From Basidiobolus meristosporus CBS 931.73 (taxonomy: Eukaryota > Fungi > Basidiobolomycota), in NCBI GenBank assembly GCA_002104905.1, contig MCFE01000512.1:1-64000 (forward strand): a stretch of DNA of 64,000 nucleotides, given 5' to 3'. The notes under the pieces were generated by a model that ran no database searches, was not told the origin of the DNA, and saw nothing but the letters and a program-made list of their open reading frames with translations. The position numbers and the translations under genes were made by a program. Shown piece by piece: positions 12,664 to 23,813 of the stretch; within the stretch, counting starts at the first letter, position 1, and the number at the start of each line of letters is the position of its first letter.

Positions 12664-13294
12664 CCCGACGACTGCACTTGAGCCCAAATGCAATAAAGAT
12701 CCATTATCCATTTTATTTTTCGCCTCATATGTGAGCAGAAATATAGCCATTAACAGCATGGGAGCAAAGAGCGTTTGACAAACTTAAAACCAAGCCAATT
12801 TCCACACTTCACTCTGATGATCCGAAGTCCAGTCACCAATTCAGGAGAAGGGTATACTATATTATTGAACTAACTTGAGTAAAATCAATCCTATGTTGAT
12901 AGCTATTCTATGTGGCCAATCATCAAACAATCCACAACTACTCACCACTATTCCATTTTAGTAACTTATTCGTTATTATTCGCAATTCAGAGGGGACACA
13001 ACCAAAATAATTCACACTGTCATGTGAGGAGTTGTTAGATGTTCTGAGCATAAAGTTTTAACGTCGAATATGCCTGACCGAAAGGCACTGCGTATCCATA
13101 TCTATGTTTGGTTATTTCGGTTGATGCTCATTCCACTCATCCCTGTGGTCACATCTACGCTGTTTTTTCCTGATATCAGTTGGTGTAATCTTATTTGCAG
13201 AAGAAATGTGCGTGTTTTATAGCATGCAGAAATAGCGATTATATGATAGGATTTATTATGAATGCCAAACCAATGTTTACATGATCCGATTGAG

Positions 13295-13717
13295 TCAAAA
13301 GCGGCCGCTGTATCTACTTCTACGGTAGCGTCGTTGACAACGTTTGCACGATGGCTGATCGTCGTCGTCACTCGAGTCTTGAGTATCATCCTCATCGGGA
13401 GTAATTGATTGTACATATGTCGGTGCAGATGGTTGGTACAATGTCTGATCTACTTGCTGCACTTGCTCAAATTGATTCTGGTTGGAAAGTGCCTCAGCGT
13501 TCTGTGCAGAATTAGTCTGAGCGTTGTCCAACAATGGATAGGCGTTCGGGGACTCCAGTTGATAGTATATTGGTGTATATGACACTAATGGTTCTTTGTC
13601 GAAGTCCACTGGGACACCCTGGTCTACTTGCTGGTTGTCATATGTTGCAATGGGCGATGCATAAGATGCACCGAATAGGAATACTAAGGCGGATAGAATG
13701 CGGAAAGTGCGTTGCAT
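13295..13717 (-). CDS. Family-C secreted protein, 140 aa
   Basis: The start conserved in all copies is the ATG of MQRTFRILSALVFLFGASYA; the ORF track uses an upstream non-ATG start. N/Q core, D-rich block, CKRC, R/Y tail. Confidence 0.9.
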   Translation of the reverse strand: MQRTFRILSALVFLFGASYASPIATYDNQQVDQGVPVDFDKEPLVSYTPIYYQLESPNAYPLLDNAQTNSAQNAEALSNQNQFEQVQQVDQTLYQPSAPTYVQSITPDEDDTQDSSDDDDQPSCKRCQRRYRRSRYSGRF

Positions 13718-13754
13718 GTTGGCGCCTGATGACATACTGGAAGGCAAACAGTTG

Positions 13755-13762
13755 CTTTTATG
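13755..13762 (-). promoter_or_regulatory. TATA-like box of C genes (CATAAAAG)
   Basis: About 40 nt upstream of the ATG and similar in the intact C copies. Confidence 0.45.
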
Positions 13763-14275
13763 TATGGTTTGCTAGATTCATCAGCGATCATCAGCAACCA
13801 AACCCAGTTTACTAAATTATGAAGCAAAGGTGAGTAAAGTTAATCAGCATTTCACTTTCATTGCAATGATCAGTGAATAGGTGTTGATTAACACCGTAAT
13901 CCCGGCGACCAATCACTTCAGTACATCAAGAAAAATAAATAAACATTCGTCTTCAATTTTGAGCTTGCTATACCACTTTGGAATGACAAACGCGGTAGTG
14001 AAGGGACAAACTAAAATGACTCATACTACGCCTTTTCAAGCTATGGCTTGAAGTGAGCACACAGGAATCGCGTCGTTCTTGCGTAGTTCTCGATTTCATC
14101 GTCGAAGGCCACCAAGCTACTCTGATTATATAGTACCCTGCAGCTATTTTTATGAGTATGTTGGGATTATGAACGAATTAACATCTTCACCGGCCATCAG
14201 TCGATAGTATACTGAACTAAATTTACGATTTAGCATAATGCATTGCATCGACCACCTCAAGTCCGCTTAGCAAAA

Positions 14276-14345
14276 ATGTAACTCGCCATCACTTTGCTGG
14301 CTTCATATATCACCTCTATCCAAGCGATCTCTATTGCAGCAGATG
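14276..14345 (+). pseudogene. A*-type signal-peptide relic
   Basis: ATG TAA CTC GCC ATC ACT TTG CTG GCT TCA TAT ATC... gives M*LAITLLASYITSIQAISIAADE; codon 2 is CAA-to-TAA. Confidence 0.6.
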
Positions 14346-14478
14346 AACCTAGAGTTGCATTGATTTGAGATCGTAGATTCATAGGGATAGTGATTGCTAA
14401 GGGTATTAATGTGTACCTATCACTATGACTATCAGCATGTGGCTTTCCAAATCTTCAATGATGTAGCTACTTTTCCTT

Positions 14479-14760
14479 TTGGCCATCGTTGTTGCTCCAA
14501 TTCCACGCTCCGAATCATGCAATCGCAACCATAAAAGAGTGCATTATCGTAGTTCGTCATGCTCCGATCGAGCAAGTAACTGCCACCAGCAAGCCCGAGC
14601 TCTGCCAACTGTAGAGACTTCGAATGCCCAAGTACGATTGTACGTTGAAGGATGCGTTATCAGGATATACAAAACACTGAGCCCATGGAAGTTGCTCAGT
14701 TTGGCAATGACTGTGCTAATCAGGACTTACTGTATGCTGACTTTATGGACGACACTCAAC
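14479..14760 (+). pseudogene. B*-type relic (internally deleted old B paralogue)
   Basis: AIVVAPIPRSESCNRNHKRVHYRSSSCSDRASNCHQQ... is joined by a deletion to remnants of the C-terminal repeats. Confidence 0.8.
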
Positions 14761-14956
14761 GTACCGACAACTGCACTTAATTCAATAAATCTCGATTATC
14801 CATATCATTTGCTCTTAAAGCCAATCTAACTTGATTGCTAATAGCTAAACCAGGTAGTTAGTTGATGGGCAACAAAAGCAGGACATAGCATGTGAATTCC
14901 TGGCCTCAAGTGAGTCTGATACAGGGTGTAGTATAGTAGACTATGCCAAATACCAC

Positions 14957-14963
14957 TATAAAG
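14957..14963 (+). promoter_or_regulatory. TATA box of A genes (TATAAAG)
   Basis: About 40 nt upstream of AAAATG and conserved before the A copies at 24852 and 32104. Confidence 0.5.
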
Positions 14964-14997
14964 TGAGCTTACGACTGGTTTTACGATATTCATCAAA

Positions 14998-15552
14998 ATG
15001 CAGCTTACTCTCACTTTGCTCGCTTTGTACTTTGCTTCTATCCATGCATTCCCTGCCACAGAAGATACCTCTTCTCAGGTGAGCTACGGTGACAATTTGT
15101 GCGGGGAGCAAGTAAGTCCTTGCTACCCAGAAACTCAATCGCCTGCAGATGACTATCAGCCGGAACAGGACGAGGGTGATCACTATATGGATGAGAATGG
15201 GGGTGAAGATGAAGGCGAAGGTGAAGATTCAATGGATGGCACTACAACTCAGCCAGAATCATCCTACGAGATGCCCAACTTCAATATAGCCGACCTGCAA
15301 CCAAGACAGGCCTTGTTGGACAGAGTGAACGCTCACTCATCCAGTGATGCTGATGCTCTGTCGAATTCTAATCAGTTTGACCAAGCGCAGGTTATCGACC
15401 AAACCCTCTATCAGCCTAAGCAGCAACAGCCCCAGATCATTATCACTCAGCCAGCCACCCATAGCTATGGTGGAGGCCAGAAGAAGTACAAGAGGTCTGT
15501 ACATAAGTACTTCAAGATCAGATATTTCAGTGGGAATCGATACATTGATTAA
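14998..15552 (+). CDS. Family-A secreted protein, 184 aa
   Basis: Signal-like MQLTLTLLALYFASIHA, Cys pair, D/E/G-rich block, N/Q core, K/Y/R tail. AATAAA directly at the stop. Confidence 0.9.
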   Translation: MQLTLTLLALYFASIHAFPATEDTSSQVSYGDNLCGEQVSPCYPETQSPADDYQPEQDEGDHYMDENGGEDEGEGEDSMDGTTTQPESSYEMPNFNIADLQPRQALLDRVNAHSSSDADALSNSNQFDQAQVIDQTLYQPKQQQPQIIITQPATHSYGGGQKKYKRSVHKYFKIRYFSGNRYID

Positions 15553-15833
15553 ATAAACATTTCATTTGGTCACCCTATATTAAAATGAAACATCATCAGC
15601 CGTGGTTCGTGAATTACCGCACTACTGCTGAAATATCAAAAGCATATGCGAATATATTAGGGTATATATTGGTGTATTTATCAGTGTATTTATCGTGTTG
15701 TAACCAAATAAAGTGCGCGATATCAATGCGATTGAGCCGATGATGGCAGAGCGAATGCTAATTTTCAATCTGATAAAGTTAACTAACTATTGCTACCATC
15801 AACGTTGTAACCATGTTATAATGATTCCCATGC

Positions 15834-15840
15834 TATATAT
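15834..15840 (+). promoter_or_regulatory. TATA-like box of B genes (TATATAT)
   Basis: GCTATATATTCC lies about 45 nt upstream of AAAGATG in every B copy. Confidence 0.5.
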
Positions 15841-15880
15841 TCCCGAGTGTACTTGGCAATGAACTCAGCAGTTCTCAAAG

Positions 15881-16459
15881 ATGCGTACATTCATTGTATC
15901 ATTGATCTTGGGCCTTGCCTCTCTTCAAGCCGCCGTTGCTGCTCCAGTCCCATGCTCCGAATCATGCAACCGTGAGCATAGAAGAGTCCGTTATCGCAGG
16001 TATTCATGCTCAGACCAAGCAAGCAACTGCTACCAGCAATCCCAGGTTCAGTCCACTGTTGAAACGCCAAACGTCCAAGTGCCATTGTTGCGTCAGGTGT
16101 TCACCACCGTGACCAGAAAGCATGACAATCTGAACGCTGCCAACGCCAATAGTGACAAGAGTCTCGATGTTCAGTTTCAAGCAGGCCCTAGTCTCGAAGT
16201 AGAAGGTTCAGCTAGCGCATCCGAGTACGCCAAACAGAAGGGTACTGAACACTCAGACAATGGCGCTGATTACCCCACTGTTATGATTCAGCCTGCACAA
16301 GATGAGACATACTCCACACCAGTAGTGGTCACCCAATGCATCGAAGGGTGCTCAGACCAAGATACACAGTACACTGAGCCCATGGAAGATGTTCAATGTG
16401 GCGATAACTGTGCTAATCAGGACCCACAGTATACTGAGCCCATGGAAGACACTCAATGA
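15881..16459 (+). CDS. Family-B secreted protein, 192 aa
   Basis: Intact paralogue of 12085-12663. Confidence 0.9.
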   Translation: MRTFIVSLILGLASLQAAVAAPVPCSESCNREHRRVRYRRYSCSDQASNCYQQSQVQSTVETPNVQVPLLRQVFTTVTRKHDNLNAANANSDKSLDVQFQAGPSLEVEGSASASEYAKQKGTEHSDNGADYPTVMIQPAQDETYSTPVVVTQCIEGCSDQDTQYTEPMEDVQCGDNCANQDPQYTEPMEDTQ

Positions 16460-17152
16460 ACCAACGACTGCACTTGAGCCCAAATCCAATAAAATTTCAT
16501 TATTCATGTTATTTTTCGCCTCGTATGGGATAGCAGAAATATAGCCGTTACCATCAAGAAAATAAGGGTATTTTACAAACTCAACACCATGCCAATTTCC
16601 GCACTTCCCTCTGATAACCCGAAGTCCAGCGACCAATCCAGGAAAAGGGTAAGAAACGTCTTGAAGTACTGCTTGAAGGTCATGGGTAGCTTGTTCAATA
16701 GGTTTTATGTGGGTTTAGTCAATATGGAAATCGGGTCTCCTTGAGCATATCACCATTCCAAGAAGTTCTAGCATGAGTCCGCTATTATAGAGGGTAGGAT
16801 ACATGATAAATAAGGAGAATTCGGTGTGTGTCAAATCCAATAGTCTGGTGCTTTTGACTTATATTCACTGGTACCAGCAGAGTGAGAAAGTACCAAAGCC
16901 CAACTATTGCTTACTACCATTACCAGCACATAACTAATACGCACTACAGACGAATGCTTCTTATTGTAATTGAGAAAATTGGTGCTTGATCGGCTCTTTC
17001 CCTTACATTAATATCGGTTAAATACTCGCCGTTGTTCCACCCATCCCTGTGGTCATGTCTCTTTTGTGACTTTTTTTCCTGGTATTAATTGTCAGAAACT
17101 GGAGTGATGTCGGTTATATATTACATTATCTTATTTATTAAACCTATTCATA

Positions 17153-17587
17153 TCAATAGCTGTCTCTGAATCTACGCCTACGGTAGCGTTGTTGACAACG
17201 TTTACACGATGGTTGATCGTCGTCGTCACTCGAGTCCTCAGTGTCATCCTCGTTGGGTGTAATTGATTGCACATATGTCGGCGCAGATGGTTGGTACAAT
17301 GTTTGATCTACTTGCTGCACCTGGTCGTACTGATTCTGGTTGGAAAGTGCCTGAGCGTTCTGTGCAGAATTCATCTTCACATTGTCCAACAATGGATAGG
17401 TGTCTGGAGACTCTAGTTGATAGTATGTTGGTGTATATGGCACTAATGGTTCATTGTCGGCATTGCCGCCAAAGTCCACTGGGATACCCTGGTTTACTTG
17501 CTGGTTGTCATACGTTGCAATGGGCGATGCGTAAGATGCACCGAATAGGAATACTAAGGCGGATAGAATGCGTAAAGTGCGTTGCAT
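17153..17587 (-). CDS. Family-C secreted protein, 144 aa
   Basis: Intact from the ATG of MQRTLRILS. Confidence 0.9.
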   Translation of the reverse strand: MQRTLRILSALVFLFGASYASPIATYDNQQVNQGIPVDFGGNADNEPLVPYTPTYYQLESPDTYPLLDNVKMNSAQNAQALSNQNQYDQVQQVDQTLYQPSAPTYVQSITPNEDDTEDSSDDDDQPSCKRCQQRYRRRRFRDSY

Positions 17588-18139
17588 GTTGGCGCTTGAT
17601 GACACACTGGAAGGTAAACAGTTGCTTTTATGTATGGTTTGCTAGATTCATCAGCGATCATCAGCAACCAAGCCCAGTTTACTAAATTATGAAGCAAAGG
17701 TGAGTAAAGTTAATCAGCATTTCACTTTCATTGCACTGATCAGTGAGTAAGAGTTGATTAACATCGTAATCCAGGCGACCAATCACTTCAGTACATGAAG
17801 AAAAACAAATAAACATTCGTCTTCAATTCTGGGCTTGCTATACCACTTTGGAATGACATACGCGGTAGTGAAGGGACAAACTAAAATGACTCATACTACG
17901 CCTTTTCAAGCTATGGCTTGAAGTGAGCACACAGGAATGGCTTCATTCTTACGTAGTTCTTGATTTCATAGTCGTAGAACGCTAGGCTACTCTGGTTTTA
18001 TAACAACCTGTAACAATCTTTGTGAGTGTTATGGGATCATGACTGAATTAATATCTTCACCAGCCTTCAGTCGATAGTATACTGAGTTGAATTTACGATG
18101 TAGCATTATGCATTGTACCAATTAGCTTAGCTTAGCAAA

Positions 18140-18625
18140 AATGTAACTCACCATCACCTCTGTCCAAGTGATCTTCCAGTGTAGCAGACGAATCTTCGAG
18201 TTGTGTTGATCTGAAACTGAAGAGCCGTAAGAATAGTGATTGTTAAGGGTATTAATGTGTATTTATCACAGCACTTCAACTGCTAGTTTCTAATGCCCCG
18301 ACCGAGCAAGTGACTGTTAACAGCAAGTCCAAGTTCTGCATACTGTTGAAACGTCGAATGTCCAAGTGCCATTATTATGTCAAGTGTTCACCACTGTTAC
18401 CAAAAAACATGGCAATCTGAGTACTGCTAACGCTAATAGGGAAAAGAGTCTTAATGCCAAGCTGGCCCTAGCCTCGAAGTAGAAGGTTCAGCCAGCGCAT
18501 CCGAGTACGCCAAACTGAAGAGTGCTGAGCAATCAGACGATGGCTCTAATTTCCCATTGTTGTGACTTAGCTTGCACAAGATGAGACATACACTACACCA
18601 GTAGTAGACACCCAATGCGTTGAAG
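18140..18625 (+). pseudogene. A* and B relics
   Basis: AAAATGTAACTC... relic followed by stop-containing B sequence (VETSNVQVPLLCQVFTTVTKKHGNLSTANAN; SASEYAK). The full A gene is deleted from this unit. Confidence 0.7.
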
Positions 18626-18984
18626 GATGCGCTGATCAAGATACTGAAAGGAATACAAGAGATCGGCTCAGATATTCTAGTGGAAATAGACACAAGGAAC
18701 ATCATTTCACTTGACCACCTTATATTAAAATGAAACATCAGCATTGATTCGTAAATCACTATACTACAGCTGGAATATCAAAAGCATATGTGCATTTATT
18801 GGTGTATTTATCAGTGTATTTATCCTCCTGTAATCATGCAAACTACGCGATGATGGTAGACAGAATGCTAATCTGATCAAAGTTAACTAACTATTGCTAC
18901 CATCAATGTTAAAACCATATTATACTGGTTCCCATGCTATATATTCCCGAGCGTACTTGGCAATGAACTCAGCAGTTCTCAAAG

Positions 18985-19563
18985 ATGCGTACATTCATTG
19001 TATCCTTGATCTTGGGCCTTGCCTCTCTTCAAGCCGCCGTTGCTGCTCCAGTCCCATGCTCCGAATCATGCAACCGCGAGCATAGAAGAGTCCGTTATCG
19101 CAGGTATTCATGCTCGGACCAAGCAAGCAACTGCTACCAGCAAGTCCAGGTTCAGCCCACTGTTGAAACGCCAAACGTCCAAGCGCCATTGTTGCGTCAG
19201 GTGTTCACCACCGTGACCAGAAAGCATGACAATCTGAACACTGCCAACGCCAATAGTGACAAGAGTCTCGATGTTCAGTTTCAAGCAGGCCCTAGTCTCG
19301 AAGTAGAAGGCTCAGCCAGCGCATCCGAGTACACCAAACAGAAGGGTGCTGAACACTCAGACGATGGCTCTGGTTACCCCATTGTTATGGTTCAGCCTGC
19401 GCAAGATGAGACATACTCCACACCAGTAGTGGACACCCAATGCATCGAAGGATGCTCTGACCAAGATACACAGTACACTGAGCCCATGGAAGATGTTCAA
19501 TGTGGCGATGACTGTGCTAATCAGGACTCACAGTATACTGAGCCCATGGAAGACACTCAATGA
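18985..19563 (+). CDS. Family-B secreted protein, 192 aa
   Basis: Intact paralogue. Confidence 0.9.
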   Translation: MRTFIVSLILGLASLQAAVAAPVPCSESCNREHRRVRYRRYSCSDQASNCYQQVQVQPTVETPNVQAPLLRQVFTTVTRKHDNLNTANANSDKSLDVQFQAGPSLEVEGSASASEYTKQKGAEHSDDGSGYPIVMVQPAQDETYSTPVVDTQCIEGCSDQDTQYTEPMEDVQCGDDCANQDSQYTEPMEDTQ

Positions 19564-20206
19564 ACCAACGACTGCACTTGAGCCCAAATCCAATAAAGTT
19601 TCATTATTCATGTTATTTTTCGTCTCATATGTGATAGCAGAAATATAGCCATTACCAGCATGGGAACAAGAGCATTTGACAAACTCAACACCACGCCAAT
19701 TTCTTCCCTCTGATGACCCGAAGTCCAGCTACCAATTCAGGAGAAGAGTAAGAAGCTGGTTAAGCTTGGCTATGCACGTGTTTAAGTACTGCTCGTAGGT
19801 ATTGGGTGGCTTATTTAATAAGCTCAACCCGGGCCTAGTCAATATGGAGATAGGGCATCCTAGAGTGTATCGCTATCTCAAGAAGTCCAACTATTACTCA
19901 CTACCATGAGCGCACATATAACATGCACCACAGACGAGTGATTCTTATTATAATTGAGAAATTTAGCGCTTGATCGGCTCTTTCCCTTACTTCAATCTCT
20001 GTTGATACTCGCCATTATTTCACCCATCCCTGTGGGCACATCTCTTGTGTATCATATTTGAAAGCTTGTTTACAGAAGAATTGGGTGTACCTGATAGCCT
20101 ACATGGACAGGGACACTGGAGTAATATCGATTGTATGATACATTAACCTATTTATTATGCTGGGATCACAATAGTCATAAAATGTAGAAAGGCCAACAAC
20201 CTGTTC

Positions 20207-20637
20207 TCATCGATAGCTGTCTCTGTATCTACGTCTACGGTGGCGTCGTTGACAACGTTTACACGATGGCTGATCGTCATCATCACCAGAGTCTTGGTCT
20301 TCATCCTTGTCGGGAGTCAATGATTGCACATATGTCGACGCAGATGGTTGGTACAATGTCTGATCTATTTGCTGCATACTGATTCTGGTTGGGAAGTGCC
20401 TGAGCATTCTGTACGGAGTTAGTTTGAATATTGTTCAACAAGGGATAAGTAATTAGGGACTCTAGCTGGTAATCTGCCAGCGCATATGATATTAATGGTT
20501 CAGTCTCATAGTCCACTTGGACACCCTGGTCTACTTATTGATTGCCATAGGTAACAATAGGCGATGCATAGGATACACCGAATAGGAATACTAAGGTAGA
20601 TAAAATGCGTGGATAAAATTCGGAAATTACGTCGCAT
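20207..20637 (-). pseudogene. C*-subtype pseudogene
   Basis: ATG at 20637. A 13-nt insertion (ACGCATTTTATCT) in the signal-peptide region shifts the frame, and there is a second shift in the core. Confidence 0.8.
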
Positions 20638-21119
20638 ATTGGCACTTAGTTACACACTGGAATACAAAAAGTTGCTTTTGTTTTTATCAACAATCATCAG
20701 CAGCCAAAGCTCAGTTGATAGCTATTCTATGTGGCCAATCATCAATAAAAACAATCCACAGCCAATTGAACCTATGTATCATCGATCTACGTATTTCATT
20801 ACCTATACCATCATCCATTTATTGCTATCCACGATTGCTCACCACTATTTCATTTTAGTAGTTTGTTCAATATTGCTCGCAAATTGTAGGGTACAAAACC
20901 AAAATGATTCACACTATTGTTTAAGGGTTCATTACCAGTATGTTCATGATGCTCATTCCACTCATCCCAGTGGTCACGTCTCCACTGTTTCTTTCGGATA
21001 TCAGTTGTTATAATCTTGTTTGCAGAAGAAATGTGTGTGTTTTATAGCTTGCAGAAATAACGATTATATGATGGGATTTATTATGAATGCCAAACTAGTG
21101 TTTACATGATCTGATTGAA

Positions 21120-21554
21120 TCAAGAGCTGCCTCTGTATCCACGTCTACGGTAGCGTCGTTGACAACGTTTGCACGATGGCTGATCGTCGTCGTCACTCGA
21201 GTCTTGAGTGTCATCCTCGTCGGGAGTAAACGATTGCACATATGTCGGTGCAGATGGTTGGTACAATGTCTGATCTACTTGCTGCACTTGCTCAAATTGA
21301 TTCTGGTTGGAAAGTGCCTGAGCGTTCTGTGCAGAATTAGTCTGAGCGTTGTCCAACAATGGATAGGTGTCTGGAGACTCTAGTTGATAGTATGTTGGTG
21401 TGTATGACATTAATGGCTCATTGTCGGCATTGTCTTTAAAATCCACCGGGATGCCCTGGTCTACTTGCTGGTTGTCATACGTTGCAATGGGCGTTGCATA
21501 AGATGCACCGAATAGGAATACTAAGGCGGATAGAATGCGGAAAGTGCGTTGCAT
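21120..21554 (-). CDS. Family-C secreted protein, 144 aa
   Basis: Intact from the ATG of MQRTFRILS. Confidence 0.9.
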   Translation of the reverse strand: MQRTFRILSALVFLFGASYATPIATYDNQQVDQGIPVDFKDNADNEPLMSYTPTYYQLESPDTYPLLDNAQTNSAQNAQALSNQNQFEQVQQVDQTLYQPSAPTYVQSFTPDEDDTQDSSDDDDQPSCKRCQRRYRRRGYRGSS

Positions 21555-21844
21555 GTTGGCTCTTGATGACACACTGGAAGGCAAACAGTTGCTTTTATGT
21601 ATTGTTTGCTAGATTCATCAGCGATCATCAGCAACCAAACCCCGTTTACTAAATTATGAAGCAAAGGTGAGTAAAGTTAATCAGCATTTCACTTTCATTG
21701 CAATGATCAGTGAATAGGGGTTGATTAACAACGTAATCCAGGCGACCAATCACTTCAGCACATCAAGAAAAATAAATAAACATTTCTCTTCAATTCTGGG
21801 CGTGCTATACCACTTTGATATGACAGGACGAGGGTGATCAATAT

Positions 21845-22210
21845 ATGGATGAGAATGAGGGCGAAGATGAAGGCGAAGGTGAGGACTCGATGGATGGCAC
21901 TACAACTCAGCCAGAGTCATCCTACAACATGCCAAACTTCAATATAGCCGACATGCAACCAAGAGAGGCATTGTTGGACAGAGTGAACGCTCACTCATCC
22001 AGTGATGCTGATGCTCTGTCGAACTCTAATCAGTTTGACCAAGCGCAGGTTATCGACCAAACCCTCTATCAGCCTAAGCAGCAACAGCCTCAGATCATCA
22101 TCACTCAACCAGCCACCCGTAGCTATGGTGGAGGCCTGAAGAAGTACAAGAGGTCTGCACATAAGTACTTCAAGATCAGATATTTCAGTGGGAATCGATA
22201 CGTTGATTAA
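21845..22210 (+). pseudogene. Family-A copy lacking promoter and signal peptide (open from an internal Met)
   Basis: A deletion junction at 21823-21825 fuses C-upstream DNA to A coding sequence. Confidence 0.8.
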
Positions 22211-22554
22211 ATAAATATATCATTAGGCCACCTAATATTAATATGAAACATCATCAGCCGTGCTTCGTGAATTACCACACTACTGCTGAAATATCAAAAG
22301 CATATGTGTATATATTGTTATATATATTGGTGTATTTATCAGTTTATTTATCGTACTGTAACCATAGAAACTACGCGATATCAATGCGATTGAGCCGATG
22401 ATGGTAGAGCGAATGCTGCTTTTCAATCTGACAAGGTGTGAGTTCATCAAAGTTAACTAACTATGGCTACCATCAGTGTTGTAACCATGTTATACTGGTT
22501 CCCATGCTATATATTCCTGAGTGTAATTAGCAATGTGCTCAGTAGTTCTCAAAG

Positions 22555-23133
22555 ATGCGTGCATTCATTGTATCCTTGATCTTGGGCCTTGCCTCTCTTC
22601 AAGCCACCATTGCTGCTCCAGTCCCATGCTCCGAATCATGTAATCGTGAGCATAGAAGAGTATGTTATCGCAGGTATTCATGCTCGGACCAAGCAAGCAA
22701 CTGCTACCAGCAAGTCCAGGTTCAGCCCACTGTTGAAACGCCAAACGTCCAAGTGCCATTGTTGCGTCAGGTGTTCACCACCGTGACCAGAAAGCATGAC
22801 AATCTGAACACTGCCAATGCCAACAGTGACAAGAGTCTCGATGCCCAGTTTCAAGCAGGCCCTAGCCTCGAAGTAGAAGGCTCAGCCAGCGCATCCGAGT
22901 ACGCCAAACAGAAGGGTGCTGAACACTCAGACGATGGCTCTGGTTACCCTATTGTTATGGTTCAGCCTGGGCAAGATGAGACATACTCCACACCAGTAGT
23001 GGACACCCAATGCATCGAAGGATGCTCTGACCAAGATACACAGTACACTGAGCCCATGGAAGATGTTCAATGTGACGATAACTGTGCTGATCAGGACTCA
23101 CAGTATTCTGAGCCCATGGAAGACACTCAATGA
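22555..23133 (+). CDS. Family-B secreted protein, 192 aa
   Basis: Intact. One Arg-to-Cys change (RRVCYRR) is consistent with CGT-to-TGT. Confidence 0.9.
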   Translation: MRAFIVSLILGLASLQATIAAPVPCSESCNREHRRVCYRRYSCSDQASNCYQQVQVQPTVETPNVQVPLLRQVFTTVTRKHDNLNTANANSDKSLDAQFQAGPSLEVEGSASASEYAKQKGAEHSDDGSGYPIVMVQPGQDETYSTPVVDTQCIEGCSDQDTQYTEPMEDVQCDDNCADQDSQYSEPMEDTQ

Positions 23134-23378
23134 CCCAACGACTGCACTTGAGCCCAAATCCAATAAAGTTCCATTATTTTTCGCCTCATATGTAATCCCT
23201 GTGGTCACGTCTCCGCTGGCTCCTCCTGATGTCAGTTGGTGTAATCTTGTTTGCAGAAGAAATGTGTGTGTTGGATAGCTTACAGTAGTAGCGATTATTT
23301 CACAGGATTAATTATGAATGCCACATACGATAGGATTTATTATGAATGCCAAACTAGTGTTTACATGATCCGATTGAG

Positions 23379-23813
23379 TCAAAAGCGGCCTCTGTATCTA
23401 CGTCTACGGTAGCGTCGTTGACAACGTTTACACGATGGCTGGTCGTCATCGTCACTCGAGTCTTGAGTGTCATCCTCGTCGGGAGTATTTGATTGCACAT
23501 ATGTCGGCGCAGATGGTTGGTACAATGTCTGATCGACTTGCTGCACCTGCTCGTATTGATTCTGGTTGGAAAGTGCCTGAGCGTTCTGTGCGGAATTCGT
23601 TTGAGCGTTGTCTAGCAATGGATAGGCGTCTGGGGACTCTAGCTGATAGTATGTTGGTGTATATGACATTGAAGGTTCATTGTCGGCATTGCCACCAAAG
23701 TCCGCTGGGATACCCTGGTCTACTTGCTGGTTTTCATACGTTGTAATGGGCGATGCATAAGATACACCGAATAGGAATACTAAGGCGGATAGAATGCGGA
23801 AAGTGCGTTGCAT
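23379..23813 (-). CDS. Family-C secreted protein, 144 aa
   Basis: Intact. Confidence 0.9.
   Translation of the reverse strand: MQRTFRILSALVFLFGVSYASPITTYENQQVDQGIPADFGGNADNEPSMSYTPTYYQLESPDAYPLLDNAQTNSAQNAQALSNQNQYEQVQQVDQTLYQPSAPTYVQSNTPDEDDTQDSSDDDDQPSCKRCQRRYRRRRYRGRF

Noticed and set aside
13718-13747. N-terminal extensions of C predicted by the ORF track (MPSS...AN)
   Set aside because: They use non-ATG starts that vary among copies and lie at or upstream of the likely transcription start. The ATG of MQRT is conserved.
13826-13845. AAAGTTAA motif upstream of both B and C as a shared regulatory site
   Set aside because: Short and AT-rich, and its recurrence is explained by duplication; insufficient evidence.
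20609-21013. 134-aa ORF and its 91-aa counterpart at 26913-27188
   Set aside because: Duplicated AT-rich spacer between C* and C; non-ATG starts and inconsistent length.
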